Below are positions 11,663 to 23,279 of a DNA stretch of 46,690 bases, piece by piece. Every line of letters begins with the position of its first letter. Within the stretch, counting starts at the first letter, position 1. The notes under the pieces were generated by a model. It ran no database searches. It was given only the letters and a program-made list of their open reading frames with translations, and was not told the origin of the DNA. Source of the DNA: Fonticula-like sp. SCN 57-25 (taxonomy: Eukaryota); the NCBI GenBank assembly GCA_001724245.1, contig MEDX01000022.1:1-46690 (forward strand), in the 5' to 3' direction. A program made the position numbers and the translations under genes.

Positions 11663-12426
11663 ATGTCGAACAATGAGCGCCAAAAATATCTTAAGACGAA
11701 TAATGAAATTATTCGGTCAAATGCCATATTGAGCGGCCAGCTTCGGGCGAGCCAGCAGACGTGTCAGGCTCTGGAAAAGGTGAACCATGAGCTGCAACGG
11801 CAGGCGCAGCGCAGCAGGATGGCGCTGGAAGCGGCCAATGCGCGCGCCGCCGTCGTCCTTGTACGTTTCCGTATTTCTTGATATCGCATTCTAATACATT
11901 ATTCAAACGCAACAGGATGTATCAATAGCGCTGGTGAATGACGTTGCGAGCAGTGTTGTGGCAGCATCGCACACACTTCGGGCGGGGCTGGATAGGCTTG
12001 AGCAACTGAGCGCCGAGCATAGTGCGCGATAATACACTGATAATTTTGGATAATTTACACGCTAACGCAATGAAAGATATGTCACAAGACGAGCAGCCGC
12101 CCGACTCGCCTATCGCTAATGTGGATGTAGCATACAAAGCGCGCAACAAGGCAAGCGGACGCCGCAGCACGATCGGCGGCCGCAGCAAGAGCGGCAAACG
12201 CAACGACGACGCAATGCCAGTGGCGGACCCCGCCGCAGCAGTCGCAGCAAGCATGCACAAGAATGCACTCTCGCCAGTGCCAGAGTCGCCGCCACAACAC
12301 TGCGACAAGGAAAACGCACCGCCGCCGTTGCCTTTGACGCCCGCCAAGCAGCGTGTTTCATATGCAGATGCAGCCAAATCGCCGCCTCGAATCAAGCAGT
12401 CTCTCATGCCGCGCACTACCTTGTAA
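11663..12426 (+). CDS. SGO1: Shugoshin-like protein
   Basis: N-terminal coiled coil KYLKTNNEIIRSNAILSGQLRASQQTCQALEKVNHEL matches the shugoshin pattern (N.EI..N..LS.......L...N..L); degenerate C-terminal RVSYAD; 2 introns. Confidence 0.65.
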
Positions 12427-12494
12427 CTTTCTGATATACAATGCCAAATATGCCCCACTATGACCCCAAATCCTCGATCAGCTTGCACCGAACC

Positions 12495-12510
12495 CAGTTT
12501 GCAGTTTGCA
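12495..12510 (+). promoter_or_regulatory. (CAGTTTG)2 motif upstream of symplekin
   Basis: cagtttgcagtttgca, 18 nt before the ATG; recurs at 17276, 18881 and 23725. Confidence 0.6.
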
Positions 12511-12528
12511 CTCATCGTCGTTGGGAGG

Positions 12529-15500
12529 ATGGCGGCGACCGACGAAGAGGTGGTGGAGCTCCTCAACGCGGTCAAGGTCGCCACCGACCGCGAGGAAAAG
12601 ATCAGCCTCCTCACGCGCATAGAGGACTCGCTTATTAGAGTGGTGCGCAGGCCGGGTGAACAATGTGGGTTGCATCTAACGGATCCTTTTTGTCGATTAG
12701 GCTCCGGCGCTCCTGCCAAAGTACCTGGACGATGTCCTGTCGCTACAGACGGATCGCCTCGCCGACGTGCGGGCGTTCATAGCAGGTTTTATAGGCGACG
12801 CGTTCCGCTTGAATGCTTCATGTGCGCTCTTTCCTTTAATGTTTGTTCGAGTCTAATCCTTACAAAAGTGTTGCCGCGCACGACGCTGCATCTGCGGCTG
12901 CTCGCCAATGACGAGAGCCCAAATGTAGTCAAGCGCGTAATCCTCACGCTGTCCCACATCCTTCCGAGCGCCTTTGTGGCTGCGTCGGCAGGCAGCGTGG
13001 AGCAGGCCACGTGGAATGAGTTGGTAGAGACGGCAGACGTCCTAGCGCGCAGTGCCGAGTCGCCCAATGTGGGCGTGCGCACCCACGCGATCAAGTTTCT
13101 CCAGCGGTTAGCGCAGCTGTTTAGCAGCCGCGAGGACGCGTCCCCCGACGTGCGCATTATTGAATGTGCGTGTTACATTACTAACGCGAATGTAAAGCCA
13201 CCAAATGACCCGTCACCCGCGAGCGTCCCTGCGTCGCACCCGTTCCTCAAGACGGACGATCTGCACCAGCTCGGCCAGCGTTACCTCGACCTGTTTGTCC
13301 AAGTGCTTGACGCCCGTGTCGAGTACGTTTCTATGCCGTTTCCTCGCTTTTCCTGCTCACTAAACGCGTTCGCCGCGCAGTTCGATGCTTGCCTGCACGA
13401 TGGCCGCCGTCGCCTCCGTCCCCCTTCTCGTCAAGGCTCGCCGCCAGTTTGCCTCCGTTCTCATCCCCGCTCTCATTCGCCTGGTCGAGTGGGACGCCGA
13501 GGGCGCGACCGCCAGCCAGCGCACCTCCTTTTACGACGGTCTCCGCCGCACGCTGACTCAGCTCAAGACAGGCAGCGCGGCCGCTGCTGCGCCCTTTTCC
13601 GCCGACATTGACAACGCCGTCGACGAACTCGGCGAGCTCCGCACCGCTGGCCGCGACCCTGCCGCCGCCCGCGAGGCCCGCAAGCGCGCGCGCGAAGAAC
13701 TCGAAGCCGCCTCTGCCCCCGACATTGACGAGTCCGCCGGGAAAGTACCCCGTCTGGCCGACGACGCCGACGTCAAGACGCTCCCGCCACACGTGCCCGA
13801 CCTCGCCGCAGTTCAGTCGATCCCGATCGAGTACGCCGTCCCCATGGTGACTCAGTGCATTGCGTCGGTCCCGCCAACGCAGCCGCACAACTTTGACCAC
13901 TTTCACGCCATTTTCTGCGCGTCGTTTGCGGTGCTCACTGGCACACAGGCCAAGCCGCAGGTCGCCGCGGCGGCAGCGGCAGCGGTCAATGCAGTGGCTG
14001 TACAGGCCGCGCGCCCCGCCGCGCCGCGCAAGCCGTACGTCCTCGCTGTTCCTGAGCGCATCGAGGCCGACGGCGCTGCGGCGGCGATGCTTCGCGACGC
14101 CTTTGATCGCATTTTGGAGCAGCAGGATGCCGTCAAGCCGTTTGGGCGTCGCGCTGACGGCTGGGCGATTCTTGTCAAGACGGTCGCCGCGCGCATTGTA
14201 GAGGACGAGGAGATGGTGGAGGGCGAGGAGGGAAGTGAGGAGAGCGCGTTTGAGGCGCAGGCGCAGTCGTACATGGCGGATAGGCTGCTTGAGTATATTG
14301 CGGGAAGGTTGGGTGAGAGGGTACATCTTGCCGCCGCGTGGCTCATGGAGGAGCATAGGCACGCATACAATAGCGCAACGGTACGTAGATGGACTGTTGA
14401 TTGGTAATGAAAGTGTGTTTGTCTAGGGATGTATTGCCGTTTGTGTCATTGTTGTAGGGCTTTTGTTGCTGTTTATGCTCTTTCCAGTGTCATTTTCTTG
14501 TCAATTATCTTTTCTAACTATTGCCACAGAGATACGAGGAGCGCTTTGACCGCCTGCAGGCCGCCTACGAGCGCGGCGCCGAATCGAGTGACGACATTGC
14601 GCTTCTCAAGCTGCTCGAGCTCGCCCCCGTCCTAAGCGACGGCACTTTTTCGCTCGTCCGCCGCCTCTGTTCAGACCCCAAGCGGTGCGTTTCGTATTTA
14701 ATTGCTGTGAATTTCCTGTTTGTGTTGCCTATCTTGCGTTTGCTTACCACTACTTTCTCTTTAGGTTGAGGCTTGGAATTTACGTTTTGCGCGACATTAT
14801 TGACCAGCGCGAACCGTTCCGCGCGCGCGCCCTCGGCGCCCTCCTCTCCTACTGCGCCGACGCCTCGCGCGGCATCCGCTCCGCTGCCATTGTCCAGGCT
14901 CGCAAGTGGTCGCCCGAGTCGACCGTCGGCGAGTCGGTCGAGCGGTTTGCCACGAGCTGCCTCGAGCTCGTCACGGCGGAGCGGCTGCCCGTCGGTGGCC
15001 CCGCAGTCGCCCTCGGAGTCGCTCAAAAGGAAGAAGAAGGTGACGTGGACATGGAAGGGGAAGAACATGAAGGTGAACATGATGGTGAACATGAAGGAAA
15101 TGGTGAGCATGAGCATGAACAAGATGGTGAGCATGAAGGAGATCATGAGGAAAATCATGAAAATCACGAGGAAAATGAGGCTATTGAAGCTTCTGCCGAT
15201 GGATGGACTGATGCGACTGCGCTGCCGTGCGTCGAGCTGTACTTTTCGCTGTGCGCCCGCAAGCACTCGCTGTTCCCCGGCCTCGTATCGGTCTATGAGC
15301 GGTCGTGCGCGTCGGTGCAGACTGTGATGCGGACGCATATTGCCGGCATGGTGCGCGCGATGGGCGCCTCTGCGACCGTCCTCGTTGACTTTGTGCGCAA
15401 TTTTACTCCCGCTGCCGAGCCGCTGGCGCTCAAGGTGGTGCTCGCGCTGAGCGAGACGAGCGCTGTTGCCGCCATCGCGCCCGCCGTTCGCTCCGTCGTT

Positions 15501-16202
15501 GAAGAGCGCGGCATCGACCCGCGCTTCCTTTTGCCTGTCATTCCCGCCCTGACGCGCTCCGACATTGTGGCTCTTCTCCCGAGCATTGTTCTTGCGAGCA
15601 CGCCCGCCGCGACGAGCGAGGTGCTGACGCGGCTCGCGGACCCGACGCGGTCGAGCCCCGTTCGTCCCGACGAGCTGCTCGTGCTGCTGCACCAGCAGGA
15701 GGCGCTCGACAAGCGGCGGCTCGTGCAGGCGACGCAGGTGTGCATTGCCAACCGCGCAGTGTACACGCAGGAAGTCATGGCGGCGGTGCTCAAGCAGCTC
15801 GTGCAGCTGAATACGGTGCCGACGCTGACGCTCAGGACGGCGATCGTGTCGCTCGAGGCGTTCCCGCCGCTCGAGCCGCTCATGCGCGACCTGCTCATAA
15901 GGCTCGTGCCAAAGCGCGTGTACGAGTCAAAGATCTTGTTTGACGGGTTTATCAAGTGCGCGGAAAAGCTGCGCGCCGACTCGGCGTCGGTCACGCTGCG
16001 GCTGCCGCAAGAGTACCTTGAGGAAGCGCTCAAAAAGTCAGCCAAGCTAAAGGATGACGTGGCGCAGGCGATGCTGAGGCTGCCGGCGACAGAGAGGGCG
16101 GCGAGGTTTGACCATATCGTAAAGATGCTCGAGAGGCTCGGCGTCAAGATGGAGGCGGAGCAGCCGGCGGAGGTGGCGAGCGAGCAGGTCGAGCAGCAGT
16201 AG
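12529..16202 (+). CDS. SYMPK: Symplekin/Pta1 (cleavage and polyadenylation scaffold)
   Basis: N-terminal HEAT region (DESPNVVKRVI, NVGVRTHAIKF); C-terminal symplekin domain (DPRFLLPVIPALTRSDIVALLP, PDELLVLLH, YTQEVMAAVLKQL, PTLTLRT, FDGFIKCA); 6 introns. Confidence 0.9.
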
Positions 16203-16397
16203 GTGATTGCTGGACAGTGTTTGAATGCGTCTGCGCAGTGTAAAACTATTGTAAATATACCAATTAACATCATTTTACTGTCATTTTGGTGTCATTTCGT
16301 ATCAGGTCGCTTTATGTTGCTTCATTTAGTGTCATATTGTATATTGCTGTTGCTGAAATCAGTGGCTCTGCTTACACAGGGACAAAAAATAGCGCGT

Positions 16398-17239
16398 TTA
16401 AGGCTTGTCCTCGAGCTTCTCCGCGTTGTAAAAGGCGACGAGCGCGGCGGTGACCTTGCCGTACGCGTCAAAGTACGACTTCATGTCGGCGAGGAGCTCC
16501 TCGTTGTCGCCGACGCCGAGCGTCTTGTAAAAGGTGGCGCGGTTCGGGCACGCCTTGACGGCCAGCTAGCAGGGGATCAGCGGGGCGGAAAGAGAAAGAT
16601 TAAGCGCACGTGGAAGATCGGGCGCGTGAGCATGTTGTGGTGCTTGGAGAGCGACGCCGAGTACGCCTCGGAGAACGACTTGCTGAGCTCCTCGGTGATG
16701 TTTGTAAGCGAACGCGAAAAGGTAAGCGTCAGGAACTCCATGCCGCTGTGAATCGTGACATATTCGCCGCGTCAGTAAGGCAAATTAAGACTTGTAAAGA
16801 TATATGCGCACCGCTTGAACCACAGGAGCGAGCGCGTGACGGGCTGGTCCTTTGGCGTGTCGATCTTTTCCGAGTGAACGAGCTGCTGGAGCGTCGCGTT
16901 CTTCTCGGGATCGGCCTTGTAGCGCGTCTCAACAGCCTGAAACAGTACAATTAGTAAAGAATAGAGAGTAACCAATAATGCCGTACGGAAACGTTGCGCT
17001 CCATGTCCGACTTGACGGGCGAAAAGGCGACATTCTGGAGCATGTCTGGGGGAGAGCGACCGGCGTGAGACGCACAAACAAACAATTGAGCCGCGACGAG
17101 TCGTACCGAAAATCTTGCAGAGTCCGCGCGCGGCCTCGACAAACTGCTTGGTGGGAATGGAGCCGTCCTCGCCGATCGCCTTGAGGACGTCCTCCCAGCG
17201 CACTTCCATCTTTTGAAAAAAGGTGCCGTCGGCCGACAT
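16398..17239 (-). CDS. GLTP: Glycolipid transfer protein (GLTP/HET-C2 family)
   Basis: IPTKQFVEAA..IF|DML..AFSPVKSDMERN, RSLLWFKRGMEF, AYSASLSKHHN, AVKACPNRATFY; 4 introns. Confidence 0.9.
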
Positions 17240-17275
17240 GGCTGCGGTCGATCACACGTCCCGATGAAACTTGGC

Positions 17276-17296
17276 CAAACTGCAAACTGCAAACTG
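17276..17296 (-). promoter_or_regulatory. (CAGTTTG)3 motif upstream of GLTP
   Basis: caaactg x3 on the plus strand, 36 nt before the minus-strand ATG. Confidence 0.6.
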
Positions 17297-17928
17297 ATCG
17301 TAAGGGAAAAGGGGAGATCAGGGGAAGTGACGCGTGGGGAGACTCGATAACACCGTGGTGTCTTAATTAAAGTGCTTCAAAATGTCAAGGAGACAAAGAA
17401 AAGACAAGAAATGGTTCAAAAAGACTGCTTTTGTCTATGTCCATTAAACGTGTTGAGTGATTATGGAGGTCTGTTTACTATGTGCGAGATAGGGGAGGAT
17501 GACTGGTCAATATCCAAAAGTCTTTCCAGCTGCTCACAAGCGAAGTACAAGATAGATATGAACCAAATAAAATGCCTGGCAATGTTTGGAGTCGATTAAA
17601 AGCGATTTGTGCATGCAGCGACAATTTTTGTGAAAAATCTCCAAAAATTCAATCTGGCGCGTGACATGACATTTTATTGTATATCTTTGCCAATTTCAGT
17701 GGACAACTGTACTATACAGATAAAAACGTGTTCAAGCAAAGCATTATACTTGTAAATCAAATAGTTTTTCAAGTGTGCATCGGCGCGAAGTACTGAATAT
17801 GGGTTGGATCATTGCGCTGTTCTCTGCATTATACAATCTCCCGCCAAATCTGTACACGAGACGTAGTTTTACAATACACAAATACACAAAACACACACCT
17901 TTCCGCCATACTAGAGCGTGAAAATTGT

Positions 17929-18844
17929 TTAAAAGACGGCACCGTCGCCCTCACCGTCCATGTTGTCGTCATCATAGTCATCGCCCGTCTCGAACTGCAT
18001 CTGGTAGTCGTCGTCGTACTCTTCCTCTTCCTCGGCTTCTTCCTCTGCAAACCACATGTGAGCAAGAGCATCATATGCCAGTAACAAAGTGTATGACAAA
18101 GTGACAAAGTGCATATCAAAGTGTGTGCTAAAACAAAGAGTGTTGACGCACCTTCGTTCTCCTCTTCTTCCTCGTCGTCCGCGTCGTCCTTGCCCGCGCG
18201 CTCCTTTTCGAGCTGCGCAAGACGCTCGAGCTCCTCTAACCGCTTCATCGAGTACATCTCGGCAACGTCGGGGCGGATCATCGGGCCGCGCGCTGCAAGA
18301 TGTCAGCCAGTGGCAGTGTAATGAACAAAGTGCGCACCGATGGGGCGGCGCGTTCCGCTCTTGAGCGACTGGATACCCTGGAGCTCTTCCGGGAACAGCA
18401 GCAAGTCTTCATAAAGGAGAACAAAGCGCGTCAGATAAACGTGGCAAGATGAAAGTGCGTACTGGTGCGAATGTCCTGCACGCGGGCAGTGTGGCGTGCC
18501 TGGTAGTGATCAGTGTACCGCTCAATATCTAATGGGGATCAATGTCACTGTGAGCACAATAGCATGAAAGATGCAATGGAATGTACCGCGAGGACGGTCG
18601 GGGTTGGGCAGAAAGTAGGGCGATCTCCGCATGTCGCTGCGGAAGGCGCGCCGCGCAAAGATGAGCTTTTTCTCCTCGTCGGTCGCATCGCGCACGGCGG
18701 GAATGCGGATTTCCTACGCGGCAAAAAAGTCAATACACAACAATACACAGCTGCGCATAAAGATGGGCGCACGGGGAACCGCTTTGGCGCCGGAGCGACG
18801 GCGCTCGCCTTGCGCGGCGTGTACGCGTTCTTCTTGGGCGGCAT
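17929..18844 (-). CDS. POLR3G: RNA polymerase III subunit RPC7/Rpc31
   Basis: MRRSPYFL, DIERYTDHY, LFPEEL, and an acidic C-terminus EEEEYDDDYQMQFETGDDYDDD...GAVF; 5 introns. Confidence 0.85.
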
Positions 18845-18880
18845 CCCTCGAGTGCCCGCGCCGTTCAGTCAACTGCAGAT

Positions 18881-18896
18881 CAGTTTGCAGTTTGCA
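18881..18896 (+). promoter_or_regulatory. (CAGTTTG)2 motif in the RPC7/Sas10 divergent promoter
   Basis: cagtttgcagtttgca, identical to the symplekin copy. Confidence 0.6.
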
Positions 18897-19083
18897 CCCC
18901 ACGAGGTCGAATCACCATGCCGGCGCCCAAGCGTGGAGGACGCGGCGGCGCAGCTGCTGGCGGACGCAAGCCCGCCCCGCGCAGGAGGCAAGAGGAGGAG
19001 GAGGATATTCCCATGGACGACGTTGATAACTGTGCGTTTAGAGGGTTTACTTTCCTTGTCTAACCTTTTTGTTCTTTCCAGTC

Positions 19084-21000
19084 ATGGCTGAGCGCGCTGC
19101 GATGCCCAAGGGCCGCATCGGAAAGTCGCTCGCCGCACGCCACGCGGCTGTGCAGGAGGCCGCCAGCGAGGAGGACAGCGACATTTACGACGAGGACAAC
19201 ATGGAGTCCGTTTTCGATCTGGAGGGCGTGAGCGACTCTGACGACGATGACGTTGACGATGATGCGGAGGATGACGACGAAGCCGAGGAGGAGGCGAAGC
19301 ACGCCAAGGACACTGACCGCGCGTGGGGCACGCGGCGCGCCGCTTTCTACGACGGCGACGAAGTGGCGTCGGACGACGAGGAGGGCGAAAAGATGATGCG
19401 CAAGGAAGTGAAGCGCCTCCAGGCGGAGAAGTACGCCTCGATGGACGCGTCCGACTTTGCCGACGATTCTCTCGGCGCGCTCGCCAAGAAGGGCAGCAAG
19501 GCCAAGGGCAAGAAGACCTCGTCCGCCTCCGCTGAGGAGGTTGAGGTCGTCGAGCGCGACCTCGAGGGCATGAGCGATGCCGATCTTGTGGCTGTCGTTC
19601 GCCGCCAGGCGCCCGAGCTGCTCGATCTCCTCGGTGACTTTAAGGCCAAGATCGCCGACGTCCGCGGCAATGTTGCCCCGCTGCTTGACCAGATCAAGGC
19701 GGGCGTTCTTCCGACGTCGCGTGGCATCAGCTTTTTGGACGTAAAGTACCGTACGTCCCGTATTCTTTGGTGCATTTTCAGGCCTCTAACACTTTGCGCG
19801 CCTTTCCTCCTCTTTCCAGAGCTTTTGCTGACGTACTGCATGAATTTGGCGTTTTACTTTTACCTCAAGGCGAGCGGCCAGCGCATCAAGGACCATCCCG
19901 TCGTGTCGCAGCTCGTCGAGCTTCGCGCGTACATTGAAAAGCTGCGCCCGCTCGAGGCCAAGTTCAAGTACCAGATTGACAAGCTCGCCAAGGCTGCCAC
20001 CGCGGACGGCTCCGCCGCTCAATCCGCGTCGGCTGCTGCCGCCGTCGCGCACGACCCGCTGCGCTTCCGCCCCAACTTTGCGTCGATGGTCAGCGACGAG
20101 CCCGCTGCGTCGACATCGACCGCGCCCTCTGACGGCCTGTACAAGCCGACGCGCATTGCTCCCGTTCACTTTGACGAAGAGTCGACTTCCGTCAAGCAGC
20201 AGCGCCGCGCCGCGCGCCTTCTCGGCGACACGAGCCGCAAGGGCCGCCTTCTTCGCGACCTCCAGGCCGAGTTTTCCGAGCGCCCCGAGCTCATCGCCGG
20301 CGCGCGGGACGACGGCGCCGACGAGGACGACCCGGCTGCGCTGCGCGACCGCGAGCGCACGCGCTACGAGGAGGAGAACTTTGTGCGCCTCACCGTGTCA
20401 AAGTCGGAGCGCAACCGCCGCGCCAAGGGGCAGGAGCTCACGAACGACCTCGCCGACCTCGATGACTTTGGAGACTTTGACGCGTTCGTCGGGGCCGCCA
20501 CGGGCGCTGCCAAGGAGAAGCGCGACGAGTTTGAGGAGCTCAGGAAGCGGCCAAGGCGCGACCAGGCGCGCACCGAGCGCGCCTCGCGGCTGCAGGACGA
20601 CGACGGCGAGGGCGACGAGGACGCGGCCGACGCGCTGGCGTACTATGAGGGCGTTCGCGACGCCAAGAAGCGGCGCCGCGACGACCGCGAGGAGGTTGCC
20701 GGGGACCGCCGCCGGGCGCGCGCCCAGGAGGAGGAGGCCGCCTTCGAGGCCGAGGAAGGCGACAGCGACGGCGACGGGAAGCGCGCTGCGTCAAAGGACA
20801 TGCTCAAGAACAGGGGGCTCACGCCGCACCGCAACAAGAGCATCAAGAACCCGCGTGTCAAGAGGCGCATGCGCTTCGAGCAGGCCAAGATCAAGCTAAA
20901 GAGCTCGGGCGTGCGCACGGCGACGGCGCCAAAGACGGCGTACGGGGGAGAGGCGACGGGTATCAAGAGCAAGCTGTCGCGCTCTGTGCGCATCAAGTAA
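19084..21000 (+). CDS. UTP3: Sas10/Utp3 (SSU processome)
   Basis: AWGTRRAAFYDGD, LLLTYCMNLAFYF...HPVVSQLVELR...LEAKFKYQIDKL, C-terminal KNRGLTPHRNK..KNPRVKRRMRF...YGGEATGIKSKLSRSVRI; one in-frame intron. Confidence 0.92.
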   Translation: MAERAAMPKGRIGKSLAARHAAVQEAASEEDSDIYDEDNMESVFDLEGVSDSDDDDVDDDAEDDDEAEEEAKHAKDTDRAWGTRRAAFYDGDEVASDDEEGEKMMRKEVKRLQAEKYASMDASDFADDSLGALAKKGSKAKGKKTSSASAEEVEVVERDLEGMSDADLVAVVRRQAPELLDLLGDFKAKIADVRGNVAPLLDQIKAGVLPTSRGISFLDVKYRTSRILWCIFRPLTLCAPFLLFPELLLTYCMNLAFYFYLKASGQRIKDHPVVSQLVELRAYIEKLRPLEAKFKYQIDKLAKAATADGSAAQSASAAAAVAHDPLRFRPNFASMVSDEPAASTSTAPSDGLYKPTRIAPVHFDEESTSVKQQRRAARLLGDTSRKGRLLRDLQAEFSERPELIAGARDDGADEDDPAALRDRERTRYEEENFVRLTVSKSERNRRAKGQELTNDLADLDDFGDFDAFVGAATGAAKEKRDEFEELRKRPRRDQARTERASRLQDDDGEGDEDAADALAYYEGVRDAKKRRRDDREEVAGDRRRARAQEEEAAFEAEEGDSDGDGKRAASKDMLKNRGLTPHRNKSIKNPRVKRRMRFEQAKIKLKSSGVRTATAPKTAYGGEATGIKSKLSRSVRIK

Positions 21001-21390
21001 AATCATCTTTATATTCTCTTTTATGTTTGTGTTGCGACTCTTTTCTTGTACATGTGACCGATCGTTCAGAATACAGCTGCCATGACGCTCATGAAGTAAG
21101 GGAACAACGGGAAGAGTGGCCTCATGTGGGTGCATTGCGGCATGCACAACAAAAGTATTGAGCTATTGCACGCACAAACGAACGTGAAAGTCCTTTAAGT
21201 CCTTTGCCATTGTGGACGTTTGTCATATGAACCGGTATTGTTTTCTTTATCTTTTGTGTTTAAGTGTGGGCTGTGCATAAAAAAAAGTGCGAAAACAATG
21301 ACGTTTATTGAATCGCAGTATACGGGCTTATTACTCGAGTCACACTGCTATTGATCACGGGCTTGCAACTGTCGCATCCTCCGGCACCGC

Positions 21391-22715
21391 TTAGTTGGTG
21401 AGGACCTTAAAGAACTGGGCCTGCGAGGCGCGCTTGCGCTCCTTGAGGTTGGCCTTCGAGGCAGCCTTGGCAGCCTTGGCGGTCTTCGAGTCCTTCTTCT
21501 TGAGGCCGTTGATGATCTCAGTGCGGACGACCGTCTTGGCGTACGGGTTGAGGCGGAGCTTGGCGTTGAGGTTGCGAAGGGGGTTCTTCTTGAGCTGGGC
21601 GCGCTTGACGCGGGCCGGGCCAGCAGCGCGGAGAACAGTCTGGACCTCCGACGAGTTGATCAGGCGGTTGATGTCAGTGTTCTTCATGATCGGGCGGGGC
21701 AGGTTGTAGTTGGTCTTGACCGTCGACGCCTTGGCGTAGGTGCCGTAGATGGCATCAAGACGCTCAAAGGCCTGGCGGGTCCAGATGACGAAGCGGCCGA
21801 GGTGACCTCCGGGGGCGAGCTTGAGGAGGTTGAGGCGCTCAACGTTGACGAGCTCAACGCCGGGGAGGTTGCGGAAGGCGCGGACAACGCCAGCATCCTC
21901 ACCGTAGACCACGAGGGGGCCACGGCGCTGCACATAGCGGCGGTTGCGGGACTTGCCGCCGCCAGTGCGGAGCTTGTGCGAGGCCTTGGCCTTCTCAACA
22001 TCAGCGAAAGCCTGGAGCTTCTGGAGGGCAGCGACGGCCTCCTTGGTCTTGTTGATCGACTGGACGCTGTTGGAGACAACGAGCGGGATCTCGGGGATCT
22101 GCTCCACGCGGTGACCGCGGGCCAGCACGAGGGAAGGCACGGCGGTGGCGGCGAGGGCCGACGTCAGCGCATAGCGGCGCTGAGTCGTGTTAATGGGGCG
22201 GTGCCAGCGACGGAAGGTCTTGGTCGGCGCGAACATGCGACCCTTACGGCACATGTTACCGAACGCGGCCTGTCCGCTGCGGTTGGTTCCGCCACCCGAG
22301 ACACGAGGAATACGCGCAACGGCGCGGCCCGTACCCCACGACTCGGCCGAGTGCTGCATGCCGGCCTTGGCATTGACAGCGTACGGCTGGCGACGGTTCT
22401 TGTTCATGCTGGTGTGCACGAAGTTGACGACATCCGGGCGGATGGGAGCGCGGAAAACAGCGGGGAGAGTGACGGACTTGCCGTTCTCCTCAAGCTGCAC
22501 CTGAACAAGCGGACGCGTGGCCTGCACAGCACGGATGCGTTAGCCACCATGCCGGATACATCCATATGGGCGCGGATGCGCAGGTGTTACACCGAGCGCA
22601 TCCATACATGCAACCATCCATTCTGACCTCTCAGACGCCGGGCAACCGAACATCCGGGTCCACCACACACAATAGACCAAGAAACCCGCAGCGTTAGGCC
22701 CTAGAAGCGCACCAT
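21391..22715 (-). CDS. RPL4: 60S ribosomal protein L4 (uL4)
   Basis: ATG-only first coding exon (22713-22715), intron 22522-22712, then ATRPLV...[17 protein letters not shown]...[15 protein letters not shown]...[10 protein letters not shown]. Confidence 0.98.
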
Positions 22716-22752
22716 TTTTTCGAGTCCCCCGCGCGATACAAGTACGACGGAT

Positions 22753-22766
22753 GGGAGAGAGGAAGA
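22753..22766 (-). promoter_or_regulatory. 5'TOP-like pyrimidine tract upstream of RPL4
   Basis: TCTTCCTCTCTCCC, 14 uninterrupted pyrimidines about 40-50 nt upstream of the ATG. Confidence 0.5.
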
Positions 22767-22953
22767 CTCTGCGCACGGATGCGACTTAGAAAAGGTCCCT
22801 CGGAATCCGGGGCAGACTCGGTGGTGATTTTGATTGCTGGCCGCTTCTGATTGGCACAAACCGTTTTGCTCACCGCAGGTACGTCCACAAAGAGGGGAGG
22901 CGGCCGTGTTTTTGTACGGCGGCGACTAACTTTGCGGCGGTCTCTAGTCAAAG

Positions 22954-23279
22954 ATGGATGAGCTTCTTAAGCAGTTTGATGGCCCGCGCCAGTTTGTGAA
23001 CGACAGCGTTCACTTGCTTCGCCGTTGCGAGAAGCCCGACCGCCAGGGTGCGCAATTGAACGATGGCCTTTTTTCCTGCCCCAATTCGCTAACAATTAAT
23101 GCTCCCGCAGAGTTCCTCAAGATCGCCCAGGCTGTCGCTCTTGGTTTCTTGGTTATGGGCGCGATCGGCTACTTTGTGAAGCTTATCCACATCCCCATCA
23201 ACAACATTATTGTGTACGAATCGGTGCCCTTTTCCTTTGTTGTCGCTAACGACTGTTTTTGATCTACAGAGGTGTTTGA
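22954..23279 (+). CDS. SEC61G: Sec61 translocon gamma subunit
   Basis: [46 protein letters not shown]; 2 introns. Confidence 0.96.

Noticed and set aside
19751-19819. Hydrophobic 'inserts' in ORF-track proteins (Sas10, Sec61g, TMEM161, symplekin, DEPDC5, Sec10)
   Set aside because: Each is a stop-free GTRCG...AG intron with a branch point and T-rich body, not protein sequence.
21075-21150. Small hairpins (catga/tcatg, gtgcat/atgcac) as a SECIS element
   Set aside because: Neither flanking gene has an in-frame TGA, and the stems are short.
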